From: Marsupella aquatica | Taxonomy: Eukaryota > Plantae > Marchantiophyta | Reading direction: 5' to 3' | Assembly: GCA_973895155.1 (NCBI GenBank) | Contig: OZ316892.1 | Coordinates: forward strand, 26,993,233 to 27,057,232 | Length of the DNA stretch: 64,000 nucleotides | Part shown: positions 36,857 through 50,800 of the stretch, piece by piece | Position numbering within the stretch: position 1 is the first letter of the stretch | Layout: every line of letters starts with the position of its first letter | The notes under the pieces: generated by a model | What the model saw: the letters and a program-made list of their open reading frames with translations, nothing else | The model's database searches: none | Told to the model about the DNA's origin: nothing | Translations under genes and position numbers: made by a program

Positions 36857-37486
36857 ATGGCACGGGCTGCTGCTGCCTGGCTGGATCCAAAGTTTGCCCA
36901 TAAAGAGCACCTTCGCATGGATCCCCCTTGTTGTTTTGAATGTGATGAGGGAGGTACTGTGTTGTTCTATGATGGGCCTTGCAGTCGTCATTTCCATTAC
37001 TTAGTTGATGGGCAGAATCCCGAGGAGCCTGATGGCCATGGGCCTGAGTGCACACGCATTGCCATTGCTTGTGGGCTGCTTGGCCGAATTTTGAATCCCA
37101 CTACAGATGAGCCCCTTATGGTCCAGTGTGCACAGGATGACTGCTATTCCTTTTATCATGTGGGTTGTCTACGGACTATACTGAAGGCGAGGGAGTTGCC
37201 TCTGATAGGGTACCCAGAGAACCCAATTGCACATCCCGCTGCTCTGATATGCCCAAGGCATTATTGTGATGTTTGCAAGGAGTATCGGGATGGCATCTGG
37301 GAATTTATCCAGTGCCGTAGGTGCCCTCGTGCATGGTGCAGGGATGAGGGACCAGAGGCAGACAAACACCTGAAGAGAGGGGTGAAGGGTAGAGAAATGT
37401 GGGATATTGGTCCATGGCGTATGGTGTACTGCAATCGCCATGTCATTCCAGAGGGTTCTGATGTGCCACCTCATGATTTCAAATAG
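36857..37486 (+). CDS. EDM2/NSD-type multi-PHD finger protein (copy B) with a 23-aa in-frame deletion relative to copy A
   Basis: Open 209-aa ORF, closely similar to 21895-22590; lacks SRGHDWAAAWLCDLSQQNRGRCF. Confidence 0.85.
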   Translation: MARAAAAWLDPKFAHKEHLRMDPPCCFECDEGGTVLFYDGPCSRHFHYLVDGQNPEEPDGHGPECTRIAIACGLLGRILNPTTDEPLMVQCAQDDCYSFYHVGCLRTILKARELPLIGYPENPIAHPAALICPRHYCDVCKEYRDGIWEFIQCRRCPRAWCRDEGPEADKHLKRGVKGREMWDIGPWRMVYCNRHVIPEGSDVPPHDFK

Positions 37487-37817
37487 ACCATAAGCCTTCA
37501 ATTGTGTAGGAAACACTGCATAGTACAAAGTATACTAAACATAAAAGGGGCTAAGGACTTATGGAAGTATACAGGTTTTAAAATGGACTAAAGGACTACA
37601 GTGGAACACCAGACCTTTTGGTTTGATGAAAATGGAGTGAAGTGTCAAGTTGGATTGAATGGACTAAACTGTGAGATTGTATGAAATGGGGTAAATTGTC
37701 TGATGGACTAAACTCAAATGGACTAAACTATCTGATTGTATGAAACATTTGGTTGAATGTTAAAGTGTTTGCATGGGTTCCCGGATAAAATTTTGGCTTT
37801 TTGTATTTGTCACAGTA

Positions 37818-38264
37818 ATGCCAAGAACACTCAGCAGCTTGGAAGCTGACCTTGAAGGCAGAGCTGAGAGGCTACGCCTGAAGCTGAGTGGAATGAGGTT
37901 GGTCCCTGGCAGCTTTGCTGTGAAATGGGAGTTTTTGCCTGTACAGAGAGACACGCACAGTCAGCCCATTACTCTAGATGCTCCACCCTTGCCCATAGGT
38001 TTTTGTATTGTGGCAGTCAAAAATGGAGTGGTACAACCAGAGCAGATATGCTACTCTGCCTGTATCCACAGTTGTGAGGATTTTTGCCCAAAATGTCAAG
38101 TGCGCCCAGGGGATATATATAGGCGGGATGGACATAGTAGAGTGCAGAGGAGGTGTGCCTGTATAATGTTTCACCATGATGAGCCGGTCTTGGGACCAGG
38201 AGTTGAGACTGTTTGCCCAAGAGTAGAGCAGCACTTAGTGGAGAAAGACCAGTATCAATTCTGA
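37818..38264 (+). CDS. ~148-aa Cys/His-rich protein of unknown family (copy B)
   Basis: MPRT...RAERLRL...ACIHSCEDFCPKC...RRCACIMFHH; homologous to copies A and C. Confidence 0.75.
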   Translation: MPRTLSSLEADLEGRAERLRLKLSGMRLVPGSFAVKWEFLPVQRDTHSQPITLDAPPLPIGFCIVAVKNGVVQPEQICYSACIHSCEDFCPKCQVRPGDIYRRDGHSRVQRRCACIMFHHDEPVLGPGVETVCPRVEQHLVEKDQYQF

Positions 38265-39256
38265 TTGTATGATGACTGTTAGAGTGTGGCAAACATATGA
38301 AGAGCCTTAATGGAGTTACATAACAAAAAAACTAAAAAACATCACACTGACATCTGAGGCAAGACCTAAAATCCATCCAAGGTCTATAAAATTGTGTTGT
38401 CTCTTTGAGGGATCTGGCCATAAGAAGGCAAACTTCACTTAATGTCTCTAGTTTTGTAGTACTGCCTTTGTAAACCCACAGCCTTAAGAAGGAGTTCAAC
38501 CTGGGTCTCTGAACTTTATTATTTTTTATAATTTTGAACATTGAGTGTGTATTTCATTCTTACTACTGCACAAAAACACTATATGTTAAATTATGTACAT
38601 TACATGACACCCTTTCAGGCCCTTGTCCATATGTATCCTAGTTTTGTGTGGCGATGATAAAACATTGTGATCATTCTGCCTGTTTGAAGAGGATCATTTC
38701 AACAAATGAATTCAAAAGTCAAAGAATATATGAAGGAGGCTGGGGATTGTTGGACATTATGATTAATGTTTGTTATTGTACTCATTGTTTTGAAGGGTCT
38801 GAGATTGCTGACTACTGTGAACACCCTTGGCGTAAATCTGGTTCAGGTAGGCCTTTATTTTGTCTTGTAAACTTATGACATTTTGCTTTGTACAATTCAA
38901 GTCTCCTTCAAATAACCATTGCCACTTACAATTAATATGAAATGAGATTAGGTGACGTACCCAAGTAAATAATTTATGATCAAATTGCTAATATGTCATA
39001 TGTTTACCTGTTGTTGGCATGCATGTACTATTCTATTGGCAATGAAGGGTAAAGTGGGAGCTGCCTTTACCTCAGTTGGAGTACTGTACCTCAATTGTAT
39101 GTCTATTCTTCACTTGTGCACACATTTGCTTCACATGACGGTCTAGAGGATGGTATGGAAGAGTTTTGGAGTTGTCTAAAACAAATTCATATGCTCTGCA
39201 AGATATCATAGAAGGTAGATGTGCAACTGTGTTTTTGATTAGGTAGTGCTGCAATC

Positions 39257-42200
39257 ATGGCTTCTTCTAGCCAGGCTGGATCACATAACACTGCACATAC
39301 AACAGAGGCAGACAACCTGAGAACTTTACCTCTTTCCTATCCTAGTCGAATACAACGTCGTGATGATAACTTATGGGCTCGGGAACAGACAGCTTGCTCT
39401 GGTAGTGCTGATCATAGAATGTATTGCTCTTGCATGCAATGCAAAGGGATTGTTAAGACTACTCGAAAGACCAGTCGACAACATCTTCTTAAGAATGGCC
39501 GCTACCCTGCCTATCGAGTGTGGGTAGGAGAGGGTGAAGATTCTTCTGATGAGGAGTGGAGATCCAATTACATCCGTAACTCTGGTCCAGAGGCACTGAG
39601 GGCAGGAATGTCTCGAGAGGCATTCCACTCAGGCCAACCAGCAATAGACATTGAGGAGCAGGTCAGAGTTTTGCTTCAGGAGACATTGGCAAGAGCTTCT
39701 GAAGAGTCTGACGAATTTGTGGATAATGATCCTCCTTTTGATATGGATTCAATGTTTCAAAATGATGAGATTGAGGTAGATCCACCCTCTGTTGAGACCA
39801 GTCATGAGGACACACCTACAACAGGGCGTCCTATGAATCCTGTCCCTCTGCAAGGGTCTTTAGAAGAAGCAATGAGACCCTTATTTCCAGGCAGTAAGAC
39901 AGATGTAGTTTCCTTCATGTTGTTGTTTTTAAACATCTGTCACAACAATAGGTTCTCAAACACGGGAGTGAATGCCATGCTGTCTTTGTTGACTGAGCAT
40001 GGAATGCCAACAGAGCACACTCTCCCTAAGAACCTATATGCTGTAAAACAATTACTGAGAAAATTGGGTTTAGACTATGAGAGAATCCCAGTCTGTGAGA
40101 ATGGATGTATGTTATTTAGAAATGAGACTGTAGAGTTGGACAATTGTTCCAAGTGTAATCAACCAAAGATGAAGTTAGTGGGGAATTCTTTACAGCCTGT
40201 GAAGGTCTTGAGATATTTCCCTATAATCCCTCGATTGAAGAGATTGTATACTACTAAGGGTACATCTAAGCTAATGACTTGGCATCATGAGAACAAGAGC
40301 AAGGACAACATGGTTCGACATCCAGCAGATTCAAAGGCATGGAAGCATGTGGACACAGAAATTGACCCTACTTTTGCTGCTGAGCCAAGGAATGTGCGAA
40401 TGGGATTGGCACTTGATGGGGTAAATCCATTTGGGAATAATTCTACTGCCTGGTCTACATGGCCAATCCTGCTGTTGAATTATAATATCCCTCCTTGGCT
40501 TTCCACAAAGAAGTTCTTTGTCATGCTGGCTCTTCTAATTCCAGGTCCTGTGTCTGTAAGCGAGGAACAATTTGATGTATACATGGCTCCACTTGTGGAT
40601 GATCTTGAGACATTATGGTCAGAAGGAGTAGACTATTTTGATGTTCTACCAAGGCTAGGATTGCAGCAACAGTTCAAGCTAAGGGCTTCAATATTGTGGA
40701 CAATCAATGATTATCCTGCATATGGATTAGTCTCTGGACAACAACATGCAGGGTACAAAGGATGTGTGGTTTGTGGGCCAAATTGTGTGGCACATGGTTC
40801 AAAACAGTTGGGCAAGTTACTATTTGCTGGCCATCGTCGCTGGTTACCACAGAGGCACTATTTTTGCAAAGAGGAAGTGGCAAAATACTTTAATGGTGAG
40901 GTAGAGGCACGAGCTGCACCGTGTAGAGTGTCCAGCTCTGATAGGAAACGTTGGGGAGAAAAGGCCGCTAAATATGTGGAGAAGAACCAGGGAATGCGAT
41001 GGATGATGAAAACTCTCCAGTAAAGAAGAATGGAGTGAAGAGGGTTACTGGATTATACAAGTTGCCGTACTGGAGTGTAAGTATCTGGTTCCCCATACTG
41101 CTTCCCTCAGTGTGTAATGTTAAGTAGCAAAGAGTAACATTTCTTATTCTAATTTAGTTTGTACTAAACTGTGCGTCCAATGCAAAAACTTCTCATCAAC
41201 CATTGTTTGGATCCCATGCACTGTGAGAAGAATCTTGCACACAACATTGTGCACACTATTTTGGGGACAAAGGATACTCCTTCTGTTCGAGAAGACATGA
41301 AAGTCATGGATGTGCGGGAACACCTGTGGCTGGTTTCAAATCCAGATCCAAAAAAAGATTCAAAGATCATGCCGCCAGCCCCATACTGCCTCAGTACGAC
41401 AGAGAAGACTAAGTTCTTAGAGGTATTGTTGACCTTTAAAGGGCCCACTGGTTTCAGCAGTTCTCTGGCTAAATGTGTCACAGTTAAGAAGAAGTTATCA
41501 GGGCTGAAATCTCATGATTTCCATCACCTCATGCAACAAATCCTTCCATTGGCAACAATGGGATTACTTGATGAAGGTGTTCGGTTGGCCATAGCCAGAG
41601 TGAGCAATGTGTGGCGTACCATCTGTGCCAAGGTTTGGGATCCCTCACAGTACGACTCTATGATGATGGATGTTGCATTCACACTCTGCCTTATGGAAAT
41701 TCATTTCCCACCAAGCTTCTTTGATGTCATGACCCATCTATTGATTCATCTGGTTCAAGAACTAGACATCTGTGGTCCAGTGAACATTAGATGGATGTAC
41801 CCAATAGAAAGATATCTAAAGACCTTGAAGGGTTATGTTCGAAACAAGGCACGTCCAGAGGCTTCCATGGCTGGAGGCTACCTTCTGGATGAATCTTTAG
41901 GATTCCTTTCTGAATACATGATCGATGTTAAGGGGACAGGAATGAGAACATGGGACTTGGAGGAGAATCCTAGTGTTGCAGGCATTGTCTTGGAAGGAGC
42001 TGGAAAATAGATCACCTTGGAGTGGAATGATATGATAGCTATGCATCATTACATACTGGAGAATGAAGAGCTGGTGGAACCATGGTATAGGTATGAGCAT
42101 GGTTTATATTGTTAAGTTCTCTGTTGTTTTTTTAAAACAAAATTGAGTTTTGAGCAGAAATTGTGTGGGCCTAGGAGCTGACTGTCATTATTGCCATGCA

Positions 42201-43042
42201 GGGTTTATGATGATCAAAAGGAGGCAGTTACCAAGCACAGAGCAGATTTCCGGAAAGAATGGATGAAGAATCCAGGAAATCGGAGGAATCCTGTGCCTTA
42301 TCCCTCTGATTTGGATGAGTTGCCTCCTTTTAGAGAATGGTTTGAAGTGACAATTAGAAGGCATAATTTTGAGAATGAGTTTGAACGAATGGTGTTGGCA
42401 GCGTATAGTGTACCACCTAGTCTGAAGGCACTACGGTACAGGGCCTGTAGAGCCTATGGGCACCATTGGAGGACCATTCCATCACTAGGTTCCTTGATTG
42501 ATTGTGACTCATCTGGGTTCAAGACTTTTGATTCTGGGATGGCTTGTACATTCACTGAGAAGCGGGTCATTAGGTCAGGGGCAACAGTAGATGAATCTGT
42601 ACAATATGTGGGGGTGTTGACAGACATCTTAGTGTTGAACTATGGGCCTCTGATAAAGGAAGTGGTCCTTTTCAAAGGAAGGTGGGCAAACCCATCTTGG
42701 ACTCCCAAAGCCACTGCAAGTATGAGATATGATGCGTCTGGATTGTGGCAAGTAAATTTTCAGAAGGAGCTAGGTGCTTCCAAGAAAATGGACTATGTAT
42801 TGCCACGACAGGTAGAACAAGTGTTTTTTTACCCAAATGATAAGGGGATTGCATGGAGAACAATCCTCGATAAGGAATCCAGGTCTACAAGGGTGCTGGG
42901 TGATTACATGGAAATTGATTTCCATGATACTATGGATGACAATGCTAAGTTTCACATAGAGTTGCCAGAAGCCTGTACAACTAGACAGGAGCCTGGACCA
43001 AGTACTACAGACAAAGGAAAAAGAAAGTATAAAAGAAAATGA
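39257..43042 (+). pseudogene. tnpD: CACTA-2 TnpD-like transposase; introns ~41077-41190 and 42091-42201; frameshift near 40990, TAG at 42008-42010
   Basis: Motifs MYCSCMQC, IPVCENGCMLF, LALDGVNPF, YNIPPW, WTINDYPAYG, LDPMHCEKN, GLKSHDFH, FFDVMTHLLIHL, WMYPIERY, VVLFKGRW. Confidence 0.93.
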
Positions 43043-43099
43043 ATGGTTTGAAGATATTGTACAGTCCGGTTTCATTTAGTTGGAAGTGGGATCATACTA

Positions 43100-43705
43100 A
43101 CATGGCATGCCATGGTCTAGCAGTGAATGCAGCGAATACCTCCATATGAGGAGGAACGAAATCAGAAGGTAGCAGCCAACAATAGAAAATTTAGGGAGAT
43201 ATTTGGATCAAATTTCAATTTCATGTGAGTATAATCTTGCATGTTGTTTTGAATGTGCAAAGATATGTTAACATTGCTCATCAGCAATATTAGTTGGTTT
43301 TTGGTACTTGTCATTCATGAATTGATATTCTCTGATGTAGACTGGGTGCAACACAGACCATAGGGGGCAAGAAGGAAATAAGTGCACGTCGAACTCCTAG
43401 AAGTGAGGTTACCACACAGAGGAGACAGAGTTCCAAACTATCAAGAATTGCCTCAGTGAGTATGGCAGAGTCTGGTGATGAGGGCTCTGAATCAGATTAT
43501 GACACTGATGCTGAGTACAGTGAAGATGAGAAACCAGAAAGTTCATCCAAGGTGAGATTCCTATTACATTTCACCAACATTATGAGGAAACTATAGACAT
43601 TGGTAGTGATTCTGTTTAATAACATTGGTTTTAACTTGATCTGGACAGGAACATCTGCAACCTCCATCTAAGAGCTTGGCAGATGCAAAAGAAACCCCTA
43701 CAAAG
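43100..43705 (+). pseudogene. 5' exons of CACTA-2 ORF2, cut by the CACTA-3 insertion
   Basis: PYEEERNQKVAANNRKFREIFG motif followed by short GT-AG exons (~43341-43551, from 43650) ending at the CACTA-3 TIR. Confidence 0.55.
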
Positions 43706-44472
43706 CACTAGTAGAAATCGGGGGGTATTTAGACCCCATTAAACGACTATTCAGTACCGTATAGGACTTGGAAACGACTGGGAAGGACTCTAGTCCTTTA
43801 TAGGATTGCGAGTCGTATGTTTTGTTACTATAATCAACTGAGTCCTTTATAGAACTGGTTTATAAGTCGTTTAATAGACTGGATTTTCAGTCTATTTTAG
43901 TCTTTGTGTGGGTAGCTTTGGTGAGTCGTTTTTAGTCTTTTATGGGCTGCGATGATGAGTCGTTGGGAACGACTAAAAAGGTTATGGAGGGTAGTCTTTA
44001 AATATACTTTGTGGGGTATGTATAAGTCTTTTATGTCAACTGGATATGAGTGATGAAGACCCCACTATACTACTTGGAATGAACTCACTCTATAAGTTCA
44101 CCATTCATCATGTTAACATTAGAATACATAGTTTCAGAAAGCCATCTTCTATACCATGTACACTAATATGAATTCACAGATTCAAACTTCATAGACTACA
44201 AAGAAGGTCACAAAGTATTCCTCTATACCATACACACTAATACTGAAATGATAAAATAGATTCAAGTATCATAGACAATCACCATAGAGCCATAGTTTGA
44301 CATCAATCACTTGTTTCATACATACAGAATTCAGAAATATCAATGTCACACACAACGTCTCCTTCATCCTCTTTACCAAATGGAAAAATTGGTACAGATA
44401 TTTCTTGGATCTTTCCAAGGCAATGTCAAAATGTGACACAATTCACATGATGCTATCTACACTTGCATTCAG

Positions 44473-47400
44473 TCACTGCAGACTAACACACTCTGATGGC
44501 CAGAGCACAAGAGATCCTACTGCATCTGCAATTATTTCCTGAGGTGGATCATCGTCTCTATTCGGAAATGGCAAATTACAATCAGATACAATCACTGTAG
44601 TCAACAACACTACTACATGGTCATCCGGGACCACTTTGCCATGGAATTTTGCATGATCCGGTCGCAAAATGCCTGTACCCACACATACCTGCGAGTCATC
44701 CTCCCATGATAGAAGATTATGGACTGGCTCTGCTGTGGCTATCACCTCCACCTTACCCTGGCTGTTTTTCTTGGCTTTCCTGGGTGGCTTATACATGATA
44801 TTATTCATACCTTGGTTGCGAGTCATGACTTTGGCACGAGTGTTTTGTGCTGGTGATCGAGAATTGGCTACACTCTTCTTCAAAGAATCTGCATCCATAT
44901 TTGACACTTCTGATTGTGTAGCAGGATTTCCCTGCGACATCATCTCAGTATCTGCCAACATTGTACTTGCTTCAATTGAAGCATCTACAATCTTACTTGC
45001 ATCCAATGTTGCTCCCAAGTTTCGACGTCGCTTCACCCTACTCCCACTTGGTTGAGAGTCTGTCAACTCTGCATCAACTACAATTCAGTGTCATGTCCAA
45101 CATAAGTCAATCACTCATCACATGTGCTAAATGTACATGTCACCAACCACAAAGTTGTCACTATCTCCTTACCATTATGAACAGCCTTCTTCCCCTTCTT
45201 TGCCATTGCCATATGCTCCATGTCTGCTTCTGTTGATCAATAAACACACCACAATATTCAGGTTGAATCTATTAACCACTAAATTGTTGCTCAACATTCA
45301 TATAGAGGAATTTAAAGCATCAGCTTACCTGATACCTCCTTGGCTATGGTCACTGAGGCACTGGGCACATCTTCTTCATTATTGCTCTTTGAATCACCTG
45401 ATACATCAATCATGATGTCACTTCAGATCCCAGTTCATCCAACCAGTTCTTACAGAAAAGATTACCTCCAACCGGCTTAAGCTTCACAAAACTCCATGCA
45501 CTTTTCAAATGTAATGTATTGGATCATAGCAGGTTACCTGTCTCAGCAACCTTCTTGCCCTTCTGCTTACTGATTACAGGGTCCTTCTCTGCCTCCACTC
45601 TTCCTGCATTCAAACCATTCACTCAATTCATGAAAACTTACTTCTAACATTTGAACATAGGACACAATGAACAATGGGCCGGTGTCATTTCCATACCTGT
45701 GTCAGATTTGCCAATTCCCTTTTTTGTTAACAAGGGCACACTTTGTACAATGTTGCCCTCATTGTTTGGTTGGGAACCACCCAATTTTTCAATCACAAGC
45801 TTGAAATTAGATTCCACTGATGCAAGAAGGTTCGCTACAAATGCCTCCACAATATCCAAACGATCAGCCAATTTACTTTCCACTCGAGGGAGTCCACACT
45901 CTAATGACTTCAACCGTTCACACATCTCTGTGAGAGTTGTAACAGTTCCCTGTCATAACACAGCTTACATATCTCAGATAACTGTCCCCAAGAACTGGTT
46001 GCTTACTTCCTACTACATTTCTTTCTGATGCTCAAGGCCAAATAGTCACAGAACATACAGAATTACAACATAATCACCTGTTTGGAAGTTACACTTGTCA
46101 CCTCACTCCTTTGTTTCATGAACTCCTCTCTCACTTCTTGTGCTGATGGTTCTTCACCTGTCAATTTCTTCTGCAGTCCACATCAACATACATATGAATG
46201 AAACCAAGTGTTGATTGTCAATGAAAATGTAATAATGGTAGCAAGATGATAAGTTTGAGGCTTACTATCAGGCATGTCACTGCCTTACCAATTGTTCTTT
46301 CACTGGAGCATAACTTCCTCTCCCAGCCTGTGAAAGGTGTTTCACTTTGCCTCGAGCATTTGACATCAGTTCACTCTTGCTCTGTCCAGCCTCCGACATG
46401 AACCCTTTGATTAACCGTGTCCATTGATCCAGTTCCAATGATGGGGGTGGTGGCATTCTCCTGTTAGAACCATTGTCTATCCACATCCTTTTCAACCTAT
46501 GCCTCTCTTGTTTCAAAATCCTCATTGCATAATCTGATATGCAATCTTCAACTGGGCCCTTACCATCATTACCAACATACTCCCACCGTTCAAGAATGTC
46601 CTTGCAGATAGCAGCCCAATCAGCTTTGTTCTGACTCCTAAACTCTGTAATGCTCAAATCTAACCAACGCAATACTTCTCCTCTTAGGTCAGAATGCCAA
46701 CGGTTCTTACCATCACATGTGGGAGTTATCCAACCTTCGGAATTCACTTCTACTTTACCAAATTTGTTACTGTCTCCTGCCTTGGTACTCCCTGAAGCGC
46801 TACTAGGTGTCCCTCCACGGCCTGGTGTCCCCCCACGGCCTGGGGTCCCTCCACGGCCTGATCTCCCCCCACGGCCTGGATTGCATTGTCCAAACCTCCC
46901 TGGAGTCCCTGCACATTTACAGGATCCATTTACAGTCACTTACATTAGGTAAGTATGAATCATAAATCCCGCTGCCAAATATACAGTGGACTTCAGAGCA
47001 ATTCTGCAATGACCAAGTTACCTCTCCCTTGGCGCATAGATGGTTCTGGACCACCTGTCCTATTGCTTTGTCTTGATGAATTAGGGGCGTTTCTCCCGCC
47101 TGTGAATGATTGCCTCCTATCTGAACGTGGATGGCCTTTGTTGTTTTCGTGATTGTCCCAATCAGAGTCTGCATACCAACAGGTACATGCCACACTCATG
47201 GACCTGTAAGATAAACTCTTTGCCCTAGCTACACATCAGATAAGTGCATATTGAGCTAAATCTCTACTACCATCACAAAATCACTAGCACAAGGCACTTA
47301 CTTGTCCAATCATCCTCCTCACCTTTCCATTGCCCTCTGTACCCGTCTCTACCACGCTCTGGGTGTTCATATTCATCCCATCCATCTTCTGCTCCATCAT

Positions 47401-47644
47401 AGTCATCATCATAATTATCAGGCGTCCCTTGCCAATAACTCTGGCTCCTTCTAGGGTATGGATTATGTGATTTCTCTCTAGCTGCCCACCTACCTGGGAC
47501 TTGATGAGGGCCCTGTGCATCTTGCACAGGTGCATTTTTCTGTGAGCCCCCTGCATCTGGGTCTCCATCCATATCCAATCTTTCCTCTTCACCCCACTCT
47601 CCAAGCCCCATGTCTGTCTCCATGTCATCACCCTCTTCCCCCAT
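44473..47644 (-). CDS. tnpA: CACTA-3 TnpA/TNP1-like multi-exon gene (Transposase_24-like core, RGG repeats, TNP1 C-terminal-like domain); intactness not verified
   Basis: QWTRLIKGFMSEAGQSKSELMSNARGKVKHLSQAGRGSYA (46277-46939), GRGGTP 18-bp repeats (~46805-46880), FHGKVVPDDHVVV...LPFP...DAVGSLVLWP (44473-45066); many GT-AG junctions. Confidence 0.78.
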
Positions 47645-47821
47645 AGCTTCTGCACAGCACCCACAACCAAACAGGGAGAATCAGCACACTAAATTCAAAG
47701 TATCAATCAATTTCATGCATATCCAACTATCCTAAACATCATTCCAGGCAGCAATTCCCGTTATGTGACTCTGTGCAGGTAGTCATCCTCAACCTCATAC
47801 TTGCCAATCGCCAGCTGTTGC

Positions 47822-50800
47822 CTATTGCAAATCATCAACCTCATCATATTCCATTTGCCCAGGTTCATCATATGTCTCTCTCAATGTTAAGGGGATGTAG
47901 TCAGTCCCTGCCCGAGTTGGAAGTACAGTCTCATGACTAGGATGCTCGAATGCAGCATGGTCATCCAAACTGAACTCTACTTTACTTCCATCCATCCGCC
48001 TGTTCCGTGCTTGGCTATGGCATACCACCCTCTAGCCATGTGACTCCTCCACATCTGCAAAGAAAGCCTGTTCAACTTGGCTAGGGAAAACAAAAGGCTC
48101 AGACCATTCTGGTACTCTGGACCTAAAATTGGCCAACAAGAACCCATCATGATCACGCTTCATGGTGGCCCTTGGTCTCTGCCACTCTGATTTCACCCAT
48201 GATCCCTTCATCAATATCACTGGGACACTTGTGTTACCATAATTCAACACCCAAATGTCGGTCAACTCCCCCACGTAACCCATCTTCATCCACCCCCTCT
48301 ATTCTTCAGAGGTTCTCTGCTCAAACACAGAAATCAAACCACAATCATATGATACACAATGGTCACCCTGCTCATCCCTCACTAGATAATGATTTCCATA
48401 AGCTCTCATCCGTTTGTAGGTCAGAATAGACAATCGTGGTGGCACAGATAGAAGATACAAATCCTTCTCCATATCTGGGTGATGTCTACTATGCTCTCGA
48501 ATTGTCACCCGAATCCACTGCTCGAACTGTGGGAAGGGATCCTGCTGCCCAGAGTGTGCAGCTTTTTGCATATCATATTCCCTGCATTATGAGGTACAGG
48601 CATAGTTAGGTCTAAACAACACATGACAACCTAAGATCACCCTTGGAACAGACAAGAAGCATCACAACAAAGGCAAGTCAATTCAATCACTCACCTCCAC
48701 CATGGTTGCATAGGCTCTGTGTTTGCCAGCACATATGAATGAGCCTTGTCTCGAATCGCAACAGGCAGCTGAACAGCACGTCCCACACCTTCAACAACCT
48801 CGCCACTCACTCCATCATCTTCACCAGATTTCCAAACTCTTGTCATAGCTTCACCAGACCCAGCCATGTACTCTGTTAGGAATCCCAACGTCTCATCCTT
48901 AATGTACCCCAATGCCATGGAAGCCTCTGGCCTGTAGTATGTTCTCACATGACCTTTCAACAACTTCATGTATCGCTCCATAGGGTACATCCATCTGGTA
49001 CTGACTGGCCCATACTGCCCTAGCTCTTCTACCACATGGATTAGGAGATGAGTCATAACATCAAAGAAAGCAGGGGGGAAGTATATCTCCAAGTCACAGA
49101 GGACATAAGCAGCATCCTGCTTCAACTGCTCCAATCCTTGGGGATCCCACACTTTCACACATATACGGCGAAATACATTGCACAGTCGAAGAATGACATT
49201 ACGGACTGGTTTCTGCATGAGACCTCTGAGGCATAGGGGCAGAATGTGCTGCATCAACACATGGTAGTCATATGTTTTCATACTGCCAAGTTTATTCTTT
49301 GTAATATGCTTCTTGAAGGCACCAGCATAGCCAGAGGGCACTTTCAGACAGCTCAATCTATACAAGAATGTCTTCCATTCATCCTGTGTGCACACATAGG
49401 GAGCTTGGAACTTGAGAAGTACATTGGGATTGCTTGCATGGGGCTTCAACCAAAGGTGAGGGCGAATCCCCTTCTGTTGCATATCAGCTCGAACTGCTCC
49501 TGTATCTTTCTCACCCGACAAGAACTTCAGCAAGCTCTCACAAATATTTTTCTCAATGTGCATGACGTCCACATTGTGTTTGCTGGGCTCGAATTCCTGC
49601 ACTCCACAAAGCAAAGAATTCAACAACAGAAACACTAATTAACCACATAGGAGGATTGTAACCAACATCAATCCACCATTGCTCCAATCTAAAATTGCAA
49701 TCATACAGGGGCTGGAGGCTAAGTACATTACCCTCCAGTACTCCAACTCCAAGTCCATCAAGGTCTGTCTTTTCACACCGTGTTTCACCACTGGATCCTC
49801 AGGTTCTCGATCAGTGGCACTTCTCTTGTCCCAATCAGCCTTCCTGGCTGCCCACCTCAGGACTTGCTCTCTGGTGACCCTCTGTGGTGGGCCACGAAGC
49901 TCTGTTTTGTTGTTGAAGTGTGCAATTTGAGACCGTGTGTGCCTGTAAGGATGATCAACAGGCAGATACCTTCTATGCCCCTGAAATTTCATACTGTGCA
50001 GGGCATGCGACCACTCACTTGTCACATTTTTCCCACATGGTGTGCACCCCACATAGCCCTTTGTCACTCGTCCAGATATGATGCCATGGCCTGGGTAATC
50101 TGCTATATCCAGCAAACAAATTGCATGCAGTCTAAAGGGGCTGGGTCGAAGAAGCCCCTTCAGAACATCATGGGTTAACACCCCTTCTATCCACAAAGTC
50201 TTCCACTCTTCCACTGCTGGAGCCAACATGATATCTATGAATTGCTCGGTCACAGAAGCTGGTCCAGGGATTAACAGCACCATCATGACAAAAAACCTCT
50301 TTGTAGTCATCCATGGGGGAAGGTTGTAATTTAGCAGCGTAACCGGCCAACATGAATAACGGTTGTTTTTGTCTCCAAATGGGTTTACTCCATCCAGTGA
50401 TAGACCAAATCGAAAGTTCCGCTTCTCTGCAGCAAACTGTGGCCACCTCTCATCAACAAATTTCCAATGGTTGGAATCTCCAATGTGACGCTACAGGCCA
50501 TCACTGCTCTTGTTATCAGGAGTCCATGTCATCAGCTTGGAAATGGCAGGGCATCTAAACAGACGTTGTAGTCTAGGAATGAGAGGAAAATGACGAAGAA
50601 CCTTGGCAGGGTGTGTACATTTCCCTACATTCTTGTACCTGTGCTTACCACAATGAGGGCATGTCAATTTATCTGCAGGCTCTTTGCGAAAGAGAACACA
50701 CCCATCAGGGCATGCGTCAATAGACACATAGTTCAGCCCAAGGTTAGACATCAATTTCCTAGCCTCGTACATATTTTTTGGAATTGAATTACCATCTGGT

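Larger units (their letters stand above)
28889..43705 (+). mobile_element. CACTA element 'CACTA-2' (left end at 28889; interrupted by CACTA-3, right end not in window)
   Basis: CACTAGTAGAAAATGGGG followed by a dense ATGAC/GTCAT subterminal array (28910-29340); En/Spm transposase at 39257-43042. Confidence 0.87.

Noticed and set aside
28889-43724. CACTAGTAGAAA at 28889 and 43706 as the two ends of one element
   Set aside because: Both are in the same orientation and are followed by different subterminal motifs, so they are ends of two elements.
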